A stretch of DNA of 64,000 nt from the human T2T-CHM13v2.0 reference genome, Homo sapiens, in assembly GCF_009914755.1 (NCBI RefSeq), contig NC_060928.1. One strand, written 5' to 3'. Within the stretch, counting starts at the first letter, position 1; each line of letters starts with the position of its first letter. Of the stretch, positions 56,786 through 64,000 are shown one piece after another. The translations under genes and the position numbers were made by a program. The notes beneath the pieces were generated by a model. It was given only the letters and a program-made list of their open reading frames with translations, did not search any database and was not told the origin of the DNA.

Positions 56786-57174
56786 ATGTGTTCTAGTATA
56801 AGCTTGAAAACAGATCAACTTAATTTCCTCCATTTCGAGGAAAAGGTTTAAAATTTGACTGCCTTGAAGTTAAAAGTATTGAAAGGGCAAGTCCTATAGA
56901 TTATGGAGTAGAGGCATTGCCCTCTGAGTAAGCCACATATATGAGCAACACCAATTACTAAAAACTTGAGAAAGATTTGCAAAATTGCTTTGTCAATGGA
57001 AGGTAAAGCTTAAATAAATACAACTATTTTCTCCCTTTACCTTAAGAGGGTATTGCTAGTTGTGCAACCATTAAGTTTTGTGCTCTCTCCTCATTGCTCG
57101 TACCATTCTCATTCTGCCTACCTATGAGACCTGACTTGTATTTTCATATTAGGATAAACTAATTGATGCAACCA

Positions 57175-57527
57175 AAAACAGATTCACTGTGAAGCTATTG
57201 ATGGTTAAGCTCCAGGGTCCTTTCCTTGCCAAGGCCTCTTTGAGAGCTGGGAGATGCTGGAAGTTTTAAGGAGTTTTAGGTGGGAAGAGTAAGTCAAGCA
57301 ACCAACAAGCATTTTTGCCTAAGAAATCATGCTAATTGCCAATAGAGATATCAGAAGAAAAGAACTTAAATTCCTAAGGTTTCTATAATTTATTGAGATT
57401 TTAAAAATCTTATTCTAAAGTAAATTCACTTTTGTGAATTTTGTGTTTGTAATTTATATTATTTTTCGTAAAGAGGATCTCCCAAACTCTATAAGCTTAA
57501 GATTGACAAAATCTGGGTTCTTCTCTG
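57175..57527. mobile_element. ORSL-like hAT-Tip100 element, apparently inside an old MLT1 LTR (~57145-57925)
   Basis: gattcactgtgaagcta...taagctccagggtcc ... cccaaactctataagctt...acaaaatctgg; downstream acttcgttcacattcca...cagtcatatggc is MLT1-like. Confidence 0.55.
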
Positions 57528-60058
57528 ACTGCAACAAGTAAATGCAAAAATATGGGAGAGTGTAAACATAATGAAAATGTTTTCTTGCTCACGTAATGCA
57601 GTAGTATCAGTGAACGGGCTGGTGGGGCAGCCCTTCACACAGTCATTCAAGACTCAGGATAATGAACATTCTGTCATTCTTAATAAGGCTTCCAAGGTAA
57701 GTGTGGGTCATCAGCATTCTGGGCAATCAGAAGAAGAAACGCATGCAGGGGAGGATTTTATGGGCCAGCTGAGGACAGATGCACTTGACTTCGTTCACAT
57801 TCCACCGAGTCAGTCATATGGCTGTAACCAAATGCAAGTGAAGAAGGGAAATGTTACCTAGCAGGGTGCTCAGGAAGGAGAGGTGAAGATGGATTTGGGG
57901 TGAGACTCTGCATAGGCTCTGCAACAACTAAATTCAGTTAAAGATTTTTGTGGTCAAGGCATATAGTTTGTACAGATGTGCCTGTTTTGGGAATATAAAT
58001 AATTTGCTAAAGCATGAAAAAAACTTCTGAAAAATATATATAGAATAAGATTTAAAATCTTAATCTACCACTGTGTTTATCTAGCATAAATGAATTCAAT
58101 GAACTCGCATAAACAATGTGGACTAATAATTGACTAAACAGAAATTATGCATTCTAGACTTTAGAATCTAAAGAGATTATTCACAGTGTAGCACCACAAA
58201 ACAGGAAGATTCAGGGCATTTTACCCTCTTTCAGTAATTGAGGTCAGGTGAATACCTGGAACAATAGCAGCACTGTGGATACTTAATCATCTACGTACTA
58301 TTGAACCAAGGAAGAACACTCTGTGAAATGGAAATTAATTGTGTAATATCTTTTAATATGTTTGCTTAAAATGAATGTGCAAATATCATAAGGCTTGATG
58401 GAACATATGATGATGAAGTCATCTCAAATTACATGGGGAATTAGAATGCACAGAAAATTTACTGAGTAGCAAAGAAAGTGATTTTCAAAGTGAATGCTAA
58501 AATTCTTAAAATGAAAACTGTAAAGCTTAATTTGCAGACTCTTTGAGAATCAAATTAATTCAAATGTACATAGATGAACTTTGTTAATTGTAAAGTACTA
58601 TAGAAATATAAATAATCCTTATTGCCATTTTAAGTATATTCTAAATTTTTCTTTTTGATCTCCTGCAAACCTAAACAGTATATTATAGATGTCCAAAAAT
58701 GTATTTATTTGCAAACACTTTTTATAACTTGGGAACTTTTTTCTGAGATAAACCTCTGAAATTTTTAATTTTTAATAGTAAATATGATTTGATGTGTGTT
58801 TGCTTTATACCTCACTTTCCAGGAAAGTAGCTGATGTTTAAGAATAGCATAAATTAAGCTTGAGAGCCATATTCACAGTTGAAGTAAAAAAAAACACACA
58901 CACATTTTTTACCTCAAGATGATTATTCTTTCCTTTTTAAAAACTCTCATTAACAGATTCTGCTTTGTACATTGACCTGGTTTCCATTTTAACTTGTATG
59001 CATTTTCTACTAGATAAAAGTAAGTAATCTTGAAGTGTTTTTATTACCACAACCTGGAAGAATGCTCAAAATTATAAAAGATGGGCAAGAATATGATATT
59101 TTAAATAATAAATAATCAGATACCCAAAGCAGTAAATGTGTTCTAAGAAGCATCTTATTAATTTCAAAACTGTTACTAATAATTATATTTATACAGAAGC
59201 TAACACAATGCTATAAAAAGAAATTTTGATCATATGTTTCAAACACTAGCTATTGATCTGGTTAAGGTAATATTACATGGTTAGTGTAGCTTACAGCTGA
59301 GTGTCAATACCTGACCCTTTTGCTTTCAAACTGACTTTATCTAAAGCTTCAAATTCTCATCTATAAAATGCAAATATTAACTAGCAATTTTTTAAGGCTT
59401 CAGATGCTAGGACATTTTGTGAACTAGACTAACACTATCCTGATAATTCCAGATTATTTTTTAGGAAGCTTCTATATATTTAAAAGTCTATTTGGAATGT
59501 AGTTCAGAAACTACTGCAACTTTTTATATGAATATGAACAGGGATTGAAGCAAATATTTTTGGTACAAAAATGAGTGACACAAAATATTATGAAATAAAA
59601 TTCTTTATGTTTTGTATAAAGACCATCTTAGAGGTCAAGGAAGTAATGGGAAATTCATTAAATAACAAATGTCACCAAATAACACAAAGTCTCTAGATAG
59701 CAGTGTATGTAATAAAGGACAAAATGAGTAGTTCAGAGAGCAAGTGCTATAAGAATAGTCAGAAATCAATGTGGGCTTCTTTAGCTGGGGGAGGCTGCTT
59801 GGAGCAAGTGTTTGTATTGGCTTTGACACACCAATATAGCTTGTTTCAGTACAGAGAAGAGGAGCAGCAAAACCATTTCATGTGCAATGCTCAAAAAAAG
59901 AAAAAAAGATCTAAATGTCAGAATTATTAATTATTTTTAAGATAAGTAAAAGACTCCTCTTCTGTATACCAATGAGAAGATATAATATGTAAATTGGGAC
60001 ACACTTGAATGCCAGACAGAGCAGGGTAAGCTTTACTCCTTAAAGAAATGTGGAGTTG

Positions 60059-61455
60059 GACTTCTGCTTCCAGAAAAATGGAGTAGACATATTTTTCCTG
60101 ATTCCGCCCATTAAGTAAAACTGAAAACCTGAAACATTTATATATAGGTCAAACATAAGACCTTAAAAGGTGGAGAGAAGGAGGCAGACAAGCTAGGGAA
60201 CTGAAGACCCAAGGAACAGCATGGTAATGAGTTCCATTGTTTTTTTGTTTTTGTCTCCTCATATATCCCCCAGACTTGGAGCTAAAGCAGCTGTCAACCT
60301 GGAAGTACCAATGGACACTGACAAAACAATAAACAAATCTCCAACAAAAGCCTGTTCTCTCTAGCCAAAAATCCAAGACAGTCTTGAGAAGACTAGTAAG
60401 ACAGAAAACTTTTAGACAATAACAGCTCTACTCCAGCCAGCCACAACAACAATAACAAAAAAACTGTGGCTCTACCCCACCCATGGCAAAAGCCAAGTGG
60501 GGAAGCCAAGCTTTCCACTCATGCCTGACTGTGACAAGGCACTCACCCTTCCTTCCAGGGTAACGTCTGGGAAAGCTGAGTAAGGAATTGGTAGTTTCAT
60601 TCTCACTGGGTGGTAAGGAGTCCACCTTACTGTTAGCAGAGTCCACATGACTTTAGTAGTGTTGGTAGTTGTGGTGGTATTATTAGTAGAGGCCATTTAG
60701 GGAGCCATGACAAGGCACTCATATCCATCGCAGTCAGTGAGTTACCAGCAGACACCTCGTGTGGAGTTGGAAGTCCCAACCCTAGCAGTTGGAGACAGAC
60801 TCCCTGCTACAACTTGAGAGTCAACAGAGGCCAAATAAGGAACCTGGAGACCTGGGCATTTATCCCACAGAAACGGAACTTATACCCACCCAAAAGGTTA
60901 CCCAAAAATATGTGTAGTAGTTTTAATTATAGTAGTCAGTAACTGGAAACAATCCAGATGTCCTTCAAAAAGTGAATGGTTAAGCAAACTGTGGTACTTC
61001 CATTTCTTGGGAAATTACTCAGTAATTTAAAAAAAATTGTTAATGCAACAACCTAGATGACTATTCAGAGATTTGTGCTGAGTGAAAAAAGCAATCCCAA
61101 AAGGTTGTATCTTGTAATTCCATTTATGTATTTTTCCTGAAATGACAAAACTGCAGAAATGTAGAACAAATTAGTGGCTGCCAGGTGTTAAGGAGAAGGT
61201 GAAGATAAGAGAAAAATGTGTGCAGCTATAAAAGTGCAACATGAGGGATCCTTGTGGTAGTGAAACTATTCGGTATCTTGCTTATATCAATGTCAGCATG
61301 TTACTTGTGATTTTGTGGTGTTTGATTTTTTTGGCGTTGTTATAGTTTTTCCATTGGTGGATATTGGGTGAATAGCCCATGAGATATATCTGTATTATTT
61401 CTTCCAACTGCATGTGAATCTACAATTATCTAAAAATTAAAATTTTAATTAAAAA
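60059..61455 (+). mobile_element. L1MD-like element: 5' region joined directly to 3' end
   Basis: gacttctgcttcc...aaatggagtagacat (L1MD-type 5' end); from ~60852 ctgggcatttatccc...caacatgagggatccttgtgg...caactgcatgtgaatctacaattatc (L1MD 3' end). Confidence 0.75.
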
Positions 61456-62859
61456 TGGAGCTAATTGGGTGTTTTTTCTATTTTTCAAAAAGTATCATTA
61501 TAGGTATTGATTAGAAGTTAGAACCTGGAGGAGGACCAAATAGGAGACCAAAATTAAATTATCAGCCATTAGTCCCTTCCATCTTAGGAAAATAAGCTCA
61601 TTATAAGTATTTAAATACTTATTTCATTAATCATAGTATTTCATAAGAACAGTTGACTGGTGTTAGCAATGTAGATTTGTAGAGCTGCCACATCCCAAGG
61701 TATCACTGTCTTTTACCAAAAAGAGCTCAATCCTCCCCCACGATGAGATTTCCTGCTATGTAGTGCTCAAAGACCAGTGAAATGGGAACAGTGATTACAA
61801 CACAAACATCATATTTAGATCTAGTCCCTAGCATTTCTAGTGGCAGGAACAGAAATAGAAAATGGATTATTAGGATGATTTTACCATAAACATATTTTTA
61901 ACCAACAGGATATACTTATATTCATGCCACAAACTGAAAAACAGATTTTCTTTTAACATGATAGTCTTGATCTAATGTTAGAATATGTATTCCAAGATTG
62001 TTAATGTTGGCCTAATAATGTATGAATTAAAGGAAGAGATGAGGAAATATGTCAGGGAGACTTCTGATATTTCAGATGCACAATGTATTTCAAATATAAT
62101 TTATATTATATTTAAATAATTTACACATATAATTTATACTTGAAAAACAGAGCCAGTTGGTTTTCTCCTTGCCTTTATTAGCAACATCTATTAGATCATT
62201 ACATAATACATGTAGTGGACACAAAAGTGTGCAAAATGTCATATGATACTTTGATAAAAACAGGCTAAACATATGTTTAATTTACCAAAACTACACATAA
62301 GAACAATGACTCGTGTGTACATAGAGTTCATACAGCTTTCAATTTTACTTGATAGCATCAAGTGGAACGTTTATCATCAGATGTAGGACATGCACCTTTT
62401 CAGCTTTGCTATTCAAAGGGGTCCTCAAGAAGATCAAATCGAGAATATAGAAAAAAACAAAAATGAAATGAAAGAAATTATCCATAGCGCTAATAACTTA
62501 AGAAAAACAGCACTGAACTTTGGCATGCTTCCTTCTCCAGTCACTTTCCAAATGCAAATATCTTTGCTTTGTTTCTTAAATATACTATGGCCATTCATAT
62601 GTATATGAATGACACAACAACAGCATTGTATGAATATATATAACATATTGTGGTAGATCCAGTTCCATCATCCCTTGCCCATCTTCACCTTACTTTTGTG
62701 CAGTAAGGAGTGACCTTGTTCCTCAATTCTGATTACTCAGATGTGAGGAGAAGGCTGCTGAAGGTTATGGGAAATCCATAGCTAATTTTTCTGATTAATG
62801 ATGTTATTAGTGACTGTGATTTTCTGATATTGTGTATTGAATTTGGAAGATCTTTATAA

Positions 62860-63885
62860 TTTAGCAAGCCAATATTTTTCAAATAATCAGTGTGTGGTAT
62901 TACAAAACAAAGCATGGGAAAAGATTTTTTGAAAGTTCAAGATATGACAATGAATTTTCATGTATCAGAATACAAAAAGTTATAGATAAGGTTTCACATT
63001 CCATATAGTAGTTAACTTTTAATGAAATATAATTTATTGATTTTTGGTGTAGTATCAAAAATAATATCCGCAGTTGTCTGAAAGAACCATTAAAATACTC
63101 CTCCCCTTTTCAACTATATTCATGAGAGGCCAAATTTTCATTATGTACTTCAACAAAAATAATACATCAAAACAGATTGAATGCAGAAGTAGATATGAGA
63201 ATCCAGCCATTATCTATTAAGCAGGACAGTTATGAAATACAAAACAGTGCTACTCTTCTCAGATATTATTTGCTTGGAAACATGTAGTTACTTTTCCTAA
63301 AATATAGTATTTATATTAATCAAATAGGTTTGTTATTATTGTTTTAAAACAAACTAATAAATATTCAAAAATTCTCAGTTTTAATTTCTAACACTCTATA
63401 TGTCATTAATAAAAAATAAAAATGGAGGTCACAGTGTAGATATAGCCCAAAGCCAACCACCTGTTACCACATGGCCAAAACATCGGTCATTTTGATTCCC
63501 CACCAACACTAGCTGTAAGCGTCAACAAAACACAAAATCATAAACATAAGCTTTATATCCTTGTCAACATGCATCAGTGAAATTAGACAATCAGCTATAG
63601 AAATTAGCTTAAACAGCTCCAGCTGCCTTAACAAAATGATGATGTGTAACAGGCAGTCACAGAAAAGGTCACATACTTCCTCCTTTATGTGTAAAAACTA
63701 TGTTGTAACTGCTCTGAGTGGGGATTCTTACCACCTTGGGCTGAGTTCTCCTGGTTTGTGAATTGTTCCTTTGTATGCACAATAAACTTTTACCATTTTT
63801 CTAACTTCATGTAGTTTTATATTTGACATTATGGATATATCCTACATAAACAGAAGTCTTTGAGGTCCACAATAATATTTTTAAA
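62860..63885 (+). mobile_element. hAT-Charlie (Charlie2-like) transposase 3' fragment, split by an LTR
   Basis: ttttggtgtagtatcaaa...attaaaatactcctcccc...cagattgaatgcagaagtagatatgagaatccagc (hAT dimerisation region); resumes after 63828. Confidence 0.75.
63401..63828 (+). mobile_element. MER110-like ERV1 solo LTR
   Basis: TG..CA ends, aaaatggaggtcacag near 5' end, AATAAA at 63781; TSD degenerate. Confidence 0.6.
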
Positions 63886-64000
63886 TATACTTTTTTAGTG
63901 CAATTTTAGGTTCACAGCAAAATTGAGTGGAAGATACAGAAATATTCCATATATTCCCTGTCCTCAGACATGCATAGCCTCCCCATTACCAACATCTGCC
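63886..64000 (-). mobile_element. L1MC-like 3' end, runs off the window
   Basis: ttttaggttcacagcaaaattgagtggaagatacaga...catgcatagcctcccc. Confidence 0.8.

Overview
Eukaryotic, primate non-coding DNA; the SVA element points to a hominoid (ape/human) genome. I can support no host protein-coding exon, RNA gene or CRISPR array. The recognisable ORFs in the track are translations of Alu, L1 ORF2, Tigger1 transposase or ERV sequence, and the rest look like chance frames. The window is a layered fossil record of mobile DNA: ~24 Alu copies/fragments, a 5'-truncated L1PA carrying two AluY insertions, a ~6 kb decayed ERVL internal region split by a near full-length Tigger1, a 5'-truncated SVA_A-like element, about ten solo LTRs (eight with perfect target-site duplications, TSDs), old L1M/L2/MIR pieces and hAT DNA transposons. 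There is a marked shift near 16 kb from an Alu-dense, GC-richer segment to an AT-rich, Alu-poor one. I found no new biological system. The most unusual signals are small mutational scars: a hairpin template-switch inside an AluY, a duplication with templated filler in Tigger1, a ~95-bp dispersed duplication that preserves an Alu pre-insertion site, and an L1MD whose 5' and 3' ends are fused. Subfamily names come from recalled consensus sequences and need RepeatMasker/Dfam confirmation; boundaries without TSDs are approximate.
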